Below, in pieces: positions 1-10,644 of a stretch of DNA of 64,000 nt (within the stretch, counting starts at the first letter, position 1; each line of letters starts with the position of its first letter). The notes beneath the pieces are model-generated. The model saw nothing but the letters and a program-made list of their open reading frames with translations. It was not told the origin of the DNA and searched no databases. The stretch is from positions 10,540,001 through 10,604,000 of the forward strand of contig NC_042997.1 in the NCBI RefSeq assembly GCF_006345805.1, read 5' to 3'. This DNA is from Octopus sinensis (Eukaryota). The position numbers and the translations under genes were made by a program.

Positions 1-10
1 TATATATATA

Positions 11-42
<32 letters not shown>

Positions 43-44
43 GC

Positions 45-144
45 AGTTTCCGTCTACCAAATTACCAAATCCACTCACAAGGTGCCACGCAGTGGGAATG
101 AACCGGGACCATGTGCCTACTTACCACACAACCACTCCTGCGCC

Positions 145-145
<1 letters not shown>
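45..145 (-). mobile_element. tRNA-derived SINE family A, rearranged head fragment
   Basis: Reverse complement starts AGGCGCAGGAGTGG.TGTGTGGTAAG with a B-box-like GGTTCATTCCC and matches the copies at 2765 and 38016. Flanked by (TA)n and (GA)n. Confidence 0.75.
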
Positions 146-176
<31 letters not shown>

Positions 177-207
177 AAGAGAGAGGAGAAAGAGAGAGAG
201 AGAGGAG

Positions 208-250
<43 letters not shown>
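146..250. repeat. (TA)n/(GA)n compound microsatellite
   Basis: Directly visible. It explains the E/R-rich ORFs at 41-309. Confidence 0.95.
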
Positions 251-251
<1 letters not shown>

Positions 252-1084
252 TATATGTATACACACACATAGTCTATCAACACGCATGTATATAGTCGGC
301 TATGTATGAACGGGTATCGAAGTTGTCAATTAGCAAATGAATGTCTAGATGTGAGGTCAGTGCTTTGAATGTTTCACGGCCAATGCGTTTTATATGCTTT
401 TAAACTCTAAATGTCTCAATATACTATATTCTACTCTAAACTACTATACCAAATTTGGGATAATAGCAGATGTCTACAAAACTGACAAGTGTTTTCCGTT
501 GGCTTGCAGTGCAACGTTTATCTTCTCCTGTGATCACAGAATAATATGTTACCACCACATAAAGATAATCAATTATATTTCCCTTGATACAGAATATATT
601 TTCTTTAGTTCGAAACTTACATTGCAGTTTCAAGCAAAATACGAATGCTACAAAAGACACTCAGGTAGTGTATGAGGCAATGCTCTTGATTGCATGCTTT
701 TATCTATTACTTTTCTAACTAAAAAAGAGCCACGAATGGATAGGTTCATTTAATTATCTTTCATGCTTAGTTGTTTAAAATCTACAACCCCTGGTATCAC
801 TAGTCTAAGAAAAGTGTCTCAATGACTGGGATTTAAAATATGTTGGCAACCCGCGCGCACACAGACCTTAAACTGAGAGACATGCTAGATCAATAGAAGT
901 TTTACACCCGTTACCTGTTAATAAACAAACATTTTAGACCAGAACAAGTTTAACACCACTTCACAGACTTATTAGTTTATAGACATGATAGGCCAGAATG
1001 ATTATAACGCCGCTTCATAGATGCGCTCAGAGTTCACTATTCCTCCTCCTCACCCTTGCAAGCTGTCTGCCTTGTATTTTAGCT

Positions 1085-2080
1085 TCATTTTTTCGATAAA
1101 AGACACTGCGGAAAATGCCACAGACGGCTCCAATTCTGAGCAATTGTACTCCATTGACTAATGAAGGCATCTTTAAGTATCTTAAAAATAACTTTAAAAC
1201 TATTTTTTTCCTGATTCTTGTTCTGTTTGTACTTGATTTCTATTCTGCCCATTTCGTACTTCTTACACTTGGGAGCAATCTTTATGTTTAATTCTTTCTG
1301 TGTCATGTCTTAAATTTACTATTCTTTCACACTCTTCTAACACTTGTTGTAAGCTTACAGTCTGGTTTTGTTCCAGCTTAGCAATAACTCTTGTTCTCAC
1401 TTCTGCTTCTTTCTCTGCAGTTAGTCCCTGAGTAAATATCAGGCACTTGAACATATCTGGCGTTAATTCGTCCGCCTTGAACTTTTCACATCCCATGTTA
1501 ACTCTACCACCATATGTGATGTAGTCCTCCTCGTTGTTCTTTTCTAGGTTCAAACATTTCCAACGTGTATTGAACAACGAGCTTTTCTCACTAAAAACTT
1601 TACAAAATATGTCTATTGTATATTTAAAGTTTACATCATATTTTTTCGGGAGTTCGTAATTGATGTAACGCTCATGTTCTCCTGTCGTCAGTTTTCTTAA
1701 GATTAAACGCGTTTTCGTATTGTCGTCCCATCTTTGCACTCCTTATTGAAGATCCGTTCGTATCTTCTATAGTAAGCCTCGAAGGTAACTCCTTCGCCTG
1801 GTTTGTACTTAAACTCTTATCGAGTTCGCAACATAATCTGGCTAGAAATTTTTTCAGCATTTCCTGACGACTTACCATTCATTAATTGCAGCATTTGTTG
1901 CTCTAATAATAATTGTTGTTGTTGTTGCTTCTGCTGTTATTCTTGCAGGTGTAGCTGCTGTTGTTGTTGTTGTAGCTGTTTTTGCTGTTGTTCTTGCAGT
2001 TGTAGCTGCTGTTGTTGTTCTTTTAATTGCTGTTGTTGTTGGTTTTGCAACGCGAGCAAACCGGCCAACAAATTTTCCAT
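1085..2080 (-). pseudogene. gag: Ty3/Gypsy gag pseudogene (frameshifted, in-frame stop, polyQ N-terminus)
   Basis: ATG at 2080 gives MENLLAGLLALQNQQQ... After a frameshift it reads EFKYKPGEGVTFEAYYRRYERIF, and ORF 1263-1739 reads RLILRKL...SLFNTRWKCLNL...FKCLIFTQGL...EVRTRVIAKLEQ. These are typical of invertebrate Ty3/Gypsy Gag. A decayed Zn-knuckle lies near 1090-1140. Confidence 0.8.
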
Positions 2081-2140
2081 ATTTTTGTGATTTTTTTTCC
2101 ATAAAATTCGCACAAAAAGACTTCTGTGAGTTTATTAATT

Positions 2141-2347
2141 CCTCGTCGTCCCTGTTGTAATCCTTAATGTCGGATTGTTATAACGCCACTCTGGTATAGC
2201 AGTAGAGTTAGTCAAACCACGACTATCTATAACCGTCTACTTCGTGCTCTATCACTATACTGACCGACGCCAGTTTATTTATAGCGATTATATATACCAC
2301 TCGTCACGTGAGAAGGGTCTACCATTATTATTATTATAACCATAACA
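2141..2347 (-). mobile_element. 5' LTR (2153-2347) and PBS-like site (2141-2152) of the Gypsy relic
   Basis: Minus strand begins TGTTATG and ends TACAACA (TGTT...AACA termini), with internal TATATAA and AATAAA. It is followed by GGGACGACGAGG (close to the common TGGCGACGAGG PBS), about 60 bp upstream of the gag ATG. Confidence 0.6.
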
Positions 2348-2679
2348 CATTGGTATTGCAAACATGTGAATATAACGGGCTGACGGGGAATGTATGGAGA
2401 CTCCACAAGGTCAAGTATGATACTGCTGCGAAATCTCCTCTGCAATCGACTCTGTCGTTTTAGAAATGAACACACTGAATGAAGTGGTCTTTGGTACACT
2501 GAACCAAGGAAAATACCGGATGGTTACAGGAGGCATGTCGTTAATTTCAGGTCTACTTGGTCAGGATTATTCTGGAGATAAACAACAAATTGTTGTTACT
2601 ATTTTCTGTCTTCAAAATTTCTTTCGAAAGATATACCTTCACATATTATTTATCCTCAATTTTAAAGCAATACTATCAT

Positions 2680-2720
<41 letters not shown>

Positions 2721-2764
2721 TATATATATATAGATAGATAGATAGATATAGATATATATATATA

Positions 2765-3100
<336 letters not shown>

Positions 3101-3132
3101 AAGAAAGTTTGTTTGTGAAAGCACGTAGATGA

Positions 3133-3861
3133 ATATATAAGAAAATAGTAAAGAGTGAAAAAACGACAGAAGGCTTAAATGTTAAAGAATATATATATTT
3201 GCGTCAATATGACTGGAGAATATTGGAAAAATTTTTTTTCCTTTCTTATAATGACATAATTTTATAATTTTTAAAGAAAGACCGGTTTCGCATTTAGCTC
3301 TTCAAATTTCTTGCGACGTAATGTTTATCTTTAATAGCGTTATCCTTGTTTTTTTGCTACGGAGAGTTCTAAATAAGGGAAGGTAGTGCGTGATTTCTTC
3401 CGGTGTAAGGGAGATAATCGCTTAAAAAATTTTTTTTCCTTTTTCCTCTTAGTGTGAATTTCTCTATATTATTATGTTTGGATAGTTGAGTCTGGGTTTG
3501 TACTTTTCAATGAAGAATGTTTCCTTGTTTAGTCTAATTTGTGTTGATGATCCGAAAGCACATTTTTTAAGCGATTATCTCCCTTACACCGGAAGAAATC
3601 ACGCACTACCTTCCCTTATTTAGAACTCTCCGTAGCAAAAAAAAACAAGGATAACGCTATTAAAGATAAACATTACGTCGCAAGAAATTTGAAGAGCTAA
3701 ATGCGAAACCGGTCTTTCTTTAAAAATTATAAAATTATGTCATTATAAGAAAGGAAAAAAATTTTTTCAAATATTCTCCAGACATATTGACGCAAATATA
3801 TATATTCTTTAACATTTAAGCCTTCTGTCGTTTTTTCACTCTTTACTATTTTCTTATATAT
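3133..3861 (-). mobile_element. 5'-truncated Penelope-like element with inverted terminal repeats (arms 3133-3430 and 3562-3861)
   Basis: The ~300-bp arms are nearly identical. The 131-nt spacer on the minus strand encodes IRLNKETFFIEKYKPRLNYPNI*, the usual C-terminus of PLE GIY-YIG endonucleases. Each arm carries an HHR-like motif. Confidence 0.75.
3682..3720 (+). ncRNA. Minimal type-I hammerhead ribozyme-like motif (mirror copy on minus strand at 3274-3312)
   Basis: AAGAAA-U-UUGAAGA-GC(UAAAU)GC-GAAA-CCG-GUC/UUUCUU. The core has C3->U, stem II is 2 bp, stem III is the palindrome ACCGGU, the site is GUC, and stem I is AAGAAA/UUUCUU with one extra nt. Confidence 0.55.
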
Positions 3862-3872
3862 ATATAGTTCAG

Positions 3873-4058
3873 CGTCACTAAAATATGACGAAAGGAACAC
3901 TAGCATTGCTAGGAATAAGAATCAAAGGATTCGTTAGCCATAGAAAGCACATCTTTTTACCGTATTAGAAAGTGTGCCTTCTGTGGCTAAAGAGTCCTTT
4001 GACTCTGATTTCTAGCAATGCTGGGGCTCTCGGCACACTTCATCAGATTTTAGTGACG
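3873..4058. repeat. Diverged inverted repeat (3873-3950 / 3974-4058); third partial copy at 4319-4355
   Basis: AGCATTGCTAG...TCAAAGGA...TTAGCCATAGAAAGCAC pairs with its reverse complement across a ~24-nt loop. Confidence 0.7.
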
Positions 4059-4344
4059 GTGAATTATTTCCTTTTTGGTTTCGAATTGCGTCTAGCCACC
4101 TTAATTATTTCATAGTTTTTACATTACCATTTTGCGGAATCAGCCCCTGATTCCTATGGTAAAATCTATATATACTGACGAGGTAGAATTTAACTTCACC
4201 ACTCGCATAGAGTAAGAATTACTGATGAGCATTGAATTTTACGCAACATTGCCATGGCAATCTAATGCCTCTCAATTGTGGTGGGGAGCTTTTTCTCTCC
4301 TGAAAGTTAATTGAAAACGTGCTTTCTATGGCTAAAGAGTCTTT

Positions 4345-4500
4345 TGACTCGATTTCTTCTGTGTCCCTTTCTGTAGAAGAACATAGGCTCGAAACGTAAA
4401 AGACTTTTTCTATTCCTGAGCCTTATACTAATACATCTGTTTGTTTTGTACACCACCTGTCTTCGTATTTTGTTGTTTTTTTTCGTAAACTCTCCCTACA
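4345..4500 (+). mobile_element. Short PLE-terminus-like repeat with HHR-like motif and (TA)n tail
   Basis: CUUU-CUGUAGA-A-GAAC(AUAG)GCUC-GAAA-CGUA/AAAG, then CCTGAGC...TAATACATCTG..., then (TA)n. Same family as 28290 and 63010. Confidence 0.6.
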
Positions 4501-4734
4501 TATATATATATATATATATATATAAAAGTGAATTTCCAAATTTGGTTGATAGCGATATACAATCTTAGAGGGTTACTGTATTCGCTCTTACCGGTTAATA
4601 ATGCTGGCTAACCTCAGTGTGTGTAGAAAAACTGCAGTTAGTTTATTTTACTAGCCTCAGTAGATTTTCGCATCGGTACATCCATATGTCTCTATAGAGA
4701 ATGCATGTTGCCGGTAGAGAAGAAATAAACGAAT

Positions 4735-5168
4735 GATTAAGGAGAACAGAGATTTATATATCCAGTTTTATTCTGCAGTTAATTACGTCTCTCCATTTCT
4801 ATATCTACATATGCTTCTGCTGCAATTCAGTGCATTCTGCAAATTTTTTTTATCTTGGTATGCATTTTGGTGTTAATTACTGATGCCGCTTCTTCGTGGT
4901 ATCATTAATTGCATTTTAGATTCCATCTGATTTAAATATAAGTCCAACCAAAATATTTCATACACGTGGTGTTAATGTTCTAAAGATAGTCTAAATTCTG
5001 GCCTTTTCAACTCTGCTGATTAGAAAAAGAAGTAACTAGCTGTCCGAGAATGGATCAGTAATCAGCAAATGTATTTTATCCTTCCAGTGGTGAGTGATAG
5101 TATGCGTATTTTGTATCAGGGTACTTAGAGTACGTCGATGATATTATTGTTGCTATTATCATCCCCAT

Positions 5169-5215
<47 letters not shown>

Positions 5216-6110
5216 TACTACTACTACTACTACTACTACTTCTATTATTGTTAATAATGAGCTATATTACTAAATTTATTAGTTTTATAATTAAATTAAT
5301 TTTATTTATGGATATCGTTAATTTCATTCTCTTATTGTTCTTTAATCTTTAGAATTAATTTTATTCGTGTAAGCGTTTATATTTAATAGCTTCCCTACCT
5401 GCTATTATTTACTTGATTTCTACTCTAATTTTAGTATAAGTGTCATGCAATTACTTAAATCGATTAAACGTGTGTTTAAACTGATGAACCCATCGTCGCG
5501 TTCTAGCGTCTATTGTTTATTAATTTGTATTTTGATGTAAGAATTTCTTCAACACACAATTCTTACCGTTTGGTTCCTCTAGTATATAGTTTGGCTCTGC
5601 TAATTATTTCCTAGGTAATTTCTATTCCTTTTTATTATCCTTTATGGACCAAATTTATTTGCTGAAGCTAGTGTTATTCCTATTTTTGCTGTCTCTAAAT
5701 GAGTTTTCGTGATTGGTAATTCTTTTTATATGTTTCGCAAGTGCCGATATAATAATATACCTGACCCTCTGAGACTACCTTACACCTATATACTGTTTCC
5801 TTAATTTTGCTGTTAGATTCAAGTGGACATAATTTATTGGTTTTGTATCTCTACCTCTACTTTTTATATCTTCTTTTCCTTCCAGATTATCTATATTGTT
5901 GTGGTTGCTCCGTTTATCTTCTAATTTACATTCCCTTTTTTAGATTTTCATTAATTGGTCGGACTTGTATTTAGTTCATATGGACTCTGAAATGCAGTTA
6001 ATGGTACCCTGAAGAAGCGGCATCAGTAATTATGTAGGTACAAAAATGAAAAGACGTGATTAACTGCAGAATAAAACTGGATATATAAATCTCTGTCCCG
6101 TTTAATTGTT
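4735..6110 (-). mobile_element. Decayed Penelope-like element, GIY-YIG C-terminal region (~5500-5980) between diverged inverted repeats (4735-4926 / 5981-6110)
   Basis: Minus-strand translation gives TNHENSFRDSKNRNNTSFSK*IWSIKDNKKE. The inverted repeats share GACGT.ATTAACTGCAGAATAAAACTGGATATATAAATCTCTG and GAAGAAGCGGCATCAGTAATTA. Confidence 0.6.
5168..5240. repeat. (ACT)n microsatellite
   Basis: Directly visible. Confidence 0.95.
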
Positions 6111-6321
6111 AATTTATATGCCTACATTTGTTCCTGCTGCAATTCATGTTATATTTCCAGTGATTGGTGGCTTGTTTTAGCAGACTTTTCGACTTTGATT
6201 TTCACAGCAATGCTGGCACCGCGTGTGTCCTGTTATAATTATAATTGATTATAAAATTTGGGATTTGCCATTTATTTCGGATTCGCAAAGCGATGGTGCG
6301 GGAACAAACACAGTCACACAG

Positions 6322-6370
<49 letters not shown>

Positions 6371-6417
6371 CATACACACACACACCCATACATACAAACA
6401 CACACACACACACATAC

Positions 6418-6454
<37 letters not shown>

Positions 6455-6457
6455 ATA

Positions 6458-6578
6458 CGACGGGCTTCTTTCACTTTCTGTCTACCAAATCCAATCACAA
6501 GGCTTTGGTCACCCCGAGGCTATAGTAGAAGACAGTTGCCCAAGATGCCACACAGTGGGACTGAACCCGGAACCATGT
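6458..6578 (-). mobile_element. SINE family A, 5'-truncated head
   Basis: Matches the 2765 copy from the B-box (GGTTCAGTCCC) to CCCGTCG. Bordered by (TA)n/(CA)n and (TG)n. Confidence 0.85.
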
Positions 6579-7154
6579 GTGTGTATCTGTGTGTGTGATC
6601 ATGTGTGTGTGTCTGTGTGTGTGTGGCGTGTGAGCCAAAGAGCGTTTATCTCCATGGTTGCACAATTTTCTAGAAATAGCATAGAAATCTCACTCAAATC
6701 CTTCACACTGTATGTTAATGACCACCTTCATAATGTAGTCCTAGATAAGTTGTTGTAAAACCAAAACATAGATATGCCCAAGGCTGGAGCCTCTTTCATT
6801 ATAAATCAGTCTGCTTTATCAGGGTTTGCTAGGAGCAGTGAGATAATATCCAAGAAAACCATGTCAACAAAGGAGTATCGATTTCCTTTCGAAACAATAG
6901 AAATATGACCACGTTCTTAAAAGAAGCCTACACTTTTAGATAGTTCGGAAACAGGAAATGATAAGATTGCAACGTAATCATGTACTGTTTGAAGAGACTA
7001 GTAAAGCAACGAAATACGATGTCATAAATGAATGAGAAAGCAAACTAACTGATTCTGTTTGGAAAGAGTTTGCTTCACTTCTACAGGGGTCTACAGTGGT
7101 TTACGGAGATAAATATAAGCGCACGAGTGAGCCTTAAAATTGTCATTCAGAGAA

Positions 7155-7374
7155 CCCTTTCGTTACCAACCCGGCTGAAACCGGCTCTGGCTCTGAGTGC
7201 AAATGTCTTGTTTCCATAAGTTTTGAATTAAAATCTTACACCAATCCTTAGTCACAATTTATGTTCCTAACACTAGCTTAATGATAACCAAGTTATTTTA
7301 CTAAATACTTTGTTATATTTAAAGTAATTGAAAGAAACACAGAGCATCTCAAAATAAATACAGTAACAAAAGGG
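7155..7374. mobile_element. piggyBac-like MITE (220 bp)
   Basis: TIRs CCCTTTCGTTAC / GTAACAAAAGGG match 11/12. The right flank is TTAA and the left flank AGAA (decayed TSD). Confidence 0.7.
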
Positions 7375-7744
7375 TTAAGAAAAAGAAGTGAATAACACAC
7401 ATGATAATATAGACCGCGGAACACGTCTGAAAGTGTTTCGATTGGAATGTCTTTTATCATAAATAGGATCGGACAGAGCCACCGTCATAAACTAAGATGA
7501 ATAGATGCACACAGAATCTGGGATTTAATCGAAATGAGACATGAGGCGACTTCAGCAGACGTAAACAGGCGCGCCCGCGCACATACACACACAATATGCT
7601 AATACAACATTTATTATTACTTGGGCTCCTTTTGCCATTTTCCTTTATGCTATTTTGTGTTCATTGATTCCATAATGTGTGTGCGTTCCTGTGTGTGAAC
7701 GTATGCATGTACGTATAAAAGTACACATACGTACACGTACATGT

Positions 7745-7746
7745 GG

Positions 7747-7827
<81 letters not shown>

Positions 7828-8186
7828 ATATATATATATATGAGAGTGAATAGGCGTGGAGCGATGGAGGTTTGTGCCAATGTCTGAAAGCGTGATTTGT
7901 GCATGTGTGACGGAGGGAGAATAAGCACGGCATGTGTATGATTGTTTGTATCTAGCTTGTGCTTCGATAACATTTAATTCGCGTTCCTTCTATCCTGAAA
8001 ACCAATATTTTAGTAGAGAATGTCAGCAATATCACACATAAATCTATTATAATTACCCCAACACACCAAATATGAAATATCGAATCATTTTACAGTCATA
8101 TATTCTTCTCTACGTATTGCCTGTACATATCAGCACGAATCTCCATATCTAATATTGCATGCATATGTGTGTGTGCGTATGTGTGC

Positions 8187-8222
<36 letters not shown>

Positions 8223-8245
8223 ATACATATATGCATATATATATA

Positions 8246-8278
<33 letters not shown>

Positions 8279-8375
8279 ATGTAGTGTGTATATATATATT
8301 ATATAATATATATATATATAATATATAATATATATATATGTATATATACACACACATGCATACATACATACATAC

Positions 8376-8409
<34 letters not shown>

Positions 8410-8531
8410 GGAAGACTTGCGCATTTGTGTTTTTCACTTGACTTCTCCTGCACACGCATACACAATCTCATATACACACACGTACATATTCATGCATACT
8501 CAGGAAGATGAGGAAAAGCGATAAAGAAGTG

Positions 8532-8564
<33 letters not shown>

Positions 8565-8625
8565 TGTATGTATGCATGTATGAATGCATGTGTGTGTGCA
8601 TAGGTGTGCGTTTATTTGTGTGTGT
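7745..8625. repeat. Microsatellite cluster: (TA)n, (TG)n, (GA)n, (TATG)n with short unique spacers
   Basis: Directly visible. Confidence 0.9.
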
Positions 8626-9143
8626 GCTTGTGTGTCCGTGTGCACAGCGAGAAATAAAAAAAAATGTTGAAATAACTGCTCAGTAAGATATTACATATAG
8701 TAACATGTGGATCTGAGAGCTATACTCTTAAGAATGATAGAAAAGGTTGCAGAGTTCCTAACTTTGAAAGTTGGTATATTTTCTGAATGCTAAGAATGAA
8801 CTGGACACAAGAAGAAAAAGATATCAGTATGCGTTGGAAAAAATTGGAATTGAATAGATCCTTGTGAAAGAAGTTGACAAGTAAGAATATATTATTTTTT
8901 TCTTTTTCTTTTGTTTTCGATTTTGTGTTTTTTTTTTTTTTGTTATGCCATAAAGCAAATTGTCTATATCCATTGTTGATCCCTGGCAAAGGGCCAAGGA
9001 AAAAAATGATTTAGAAAAAATTTCGACTGTTCAGATGATGGAGATAACCGAAATGAGAATGCAACCATTAATAAGAACAGTAGAAGAAATAAATGAACGG
9101 ATAAGTATTCTCGCGTAAATCAACCATACTCCGAACGGTGGTG

Positions 9144-9174
<31 letters not shown>

Positions 9175-9242
9175 TGTGTGTGTGTGTGTATCTGTTCGGA
9201 TATACATAAATTTATATATATGTGTGTGTGTGTATATATATC

Positions 9243-9710
9243 TTTCTTCTTTTCTCTTTTACTGGTTTCAGCCCAGCGCTGAGGTCATGCTAGTGCACCA
9301 CCAGTAGTTACTCGATGTTGTTTCCAGTATTGTTTTTAGCAAAGTTGCGAGTTGGGCGGAGCTGCTCTTCATTGTGTTTCCTGTCACGATGCGGGTTCAG
9401 CTGATAGAAACCTGTCCAGACATTCCTTGAAAACTTCCACATGAACACCATGTAGATCCCTAAGGTTGCCTGGCAGGATGTTGAACAATTGCGGGACCTT
9501 GAAACCCAAACTACTGCAGTACTGTGTCCTTATTTTAGATAGGTAAGACGGGATTTTTTGGTATAGCTATCAATTCCAAAATTGGGTACTAAACCCTCCA
9601 AGATCTTCCAAATATATATCACTGCATATTTCTCTTGTCTTCTCTTCAGGGAATAGAGCCTCAGGTCCTTTAGCCTCTCCCAGTAGCCCATCTTTTGCAT
9701 CGTCTCAATA
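9243..9710 (-). mobile_element. 5'-truncated CR1/L2-group LINE, 3' end
   Basis: YWERLKDLRLYSLKRRQEKYAVIYIWKILEGLVPNFGI, then ...QLFNILPGNLRDLHGVHVEVFKECLDRFLS (RT C-terminal region), then a short 3'UTR ending CTGAAACCAGTAAAAGAGAAAAGA. Confidence 0.8.
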
Positions 9711-9740
9711 CATATATATATATATATACATATATTCATG

Positions 9741-9788
<48 letters not shown>

Positions 9789-9792
<4 letters not shown>

Positions 9793-10087
9793 CTAGTGTT
9801 TAGGGCAGCGGACTCGCGGTCGTAGGATCGCGGTTTCGATTCCCAGACCGGGCGTTGTGAGTGTTTATTGAGCGAAAACACCTAAAGCTCCACGAGGCTC
9901 CGACGGGGAGTGGTGGCGATCCCTGCTGTACTCTTTCGCCACAACTTTCTCTCACTCTTTCTTCTGTTGGCCTGTCGCTTAGCCAGCGGGGTGACATCAC
10001 CTGAAGGCTAAAACAATGCGAAGCGCATCGTGACCAGCGATGTGTAACAACATCTGATGGCCTGGTCGGTCACGATGATCACGGTGA
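9789..10087 (+). mobile_element. tRNA-derived SINE family C (tail type 1)
   Basis: TGGCCTAGTG.TTAGGGCAGCGGACTCGCGG...GGTTTCGATTCCC (A/B boxes). The head and body match the copy at 37268-37650. Confidence 0.85.
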
Positions 10088-10115
10088 TATTATATATATA
10101 TAATATATATATATA

Positions 10116-10259
10116 TCACCGTGATCATCGTGACCGACCAGGCCATCAGATGTGTTACACATCGCTGGTCACGATGCGCTTCGCATTGTTTAGCCTTCAG
10201 GTGATGTCACCCCGCTGGCTAAGCGAGCAGGCCAACAGAAGAAGAGTGAGAGAAAGTTG
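10116..10259 (-). repeat. Inverted duplicate of SINE-C 9942-10087 across a (TA)-rich loop
   Basis: The arms differ only by single-base indels. Confidence 0.9.
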
Positions 10260-10574
10260 AAATGCCTGAAGGACTGAAGGAAAGGGTTTGAAATGCCTCG
10301 TGAAAATATCTGTTCCACTTGGCTATTTCTTGCTGAAGAATCTGAGGGCTATGGAAGATTGGCTTGATTTAATTTAATCAGGTTAGTTTACCATTAACAG
10401 CAGATGAAACGGTGCATCGACAAGAATTACAGGGTAAATGTTTTTTAAATTTTCTCCTGTTTACGGAATAATCTTTATTGCGGTTGAAGCTTTGGCTGTT
10501 ATTTCTAGTGGTGATGGCCTATCATGGCCGTTCCTTGATTGTTGATATATATATATATATATTATATATATATA

Positions 10575-10636
10575 TATATCGCACCGTGACCGACCAGGCT
10601 ATCAGATGTTGCTACAAATCGCTGGTCACAATGCAT
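10575..10636 (-). mobile_element. SINE-C type-1 tail remnant
   Basis: CCGTGACCGACCAGGCTATCAGATGTTG...ATCGCTGGTCACAATGC matches 10125-10180. Confidence 0.7.
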
Positions 10637-10644
10637 AAAAGAAA

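Noticed and set aside
960-1060. Purine tract GGGTGAGGAGGAGG (minus strand) as PPT plus a 3' LTR of the Gypsy relic
   Set aside because: The following sequence shares only a short TATAACGCC with the 5' LTR and has no TG start.
9789-9870. tRNA genes (also at 2850-2925, 16480-16547, 16700-16776, 37580-37650)
   Set aside because: They have A/B boxes but no complete acceptor stem, and each continues into a repeated SINE body.
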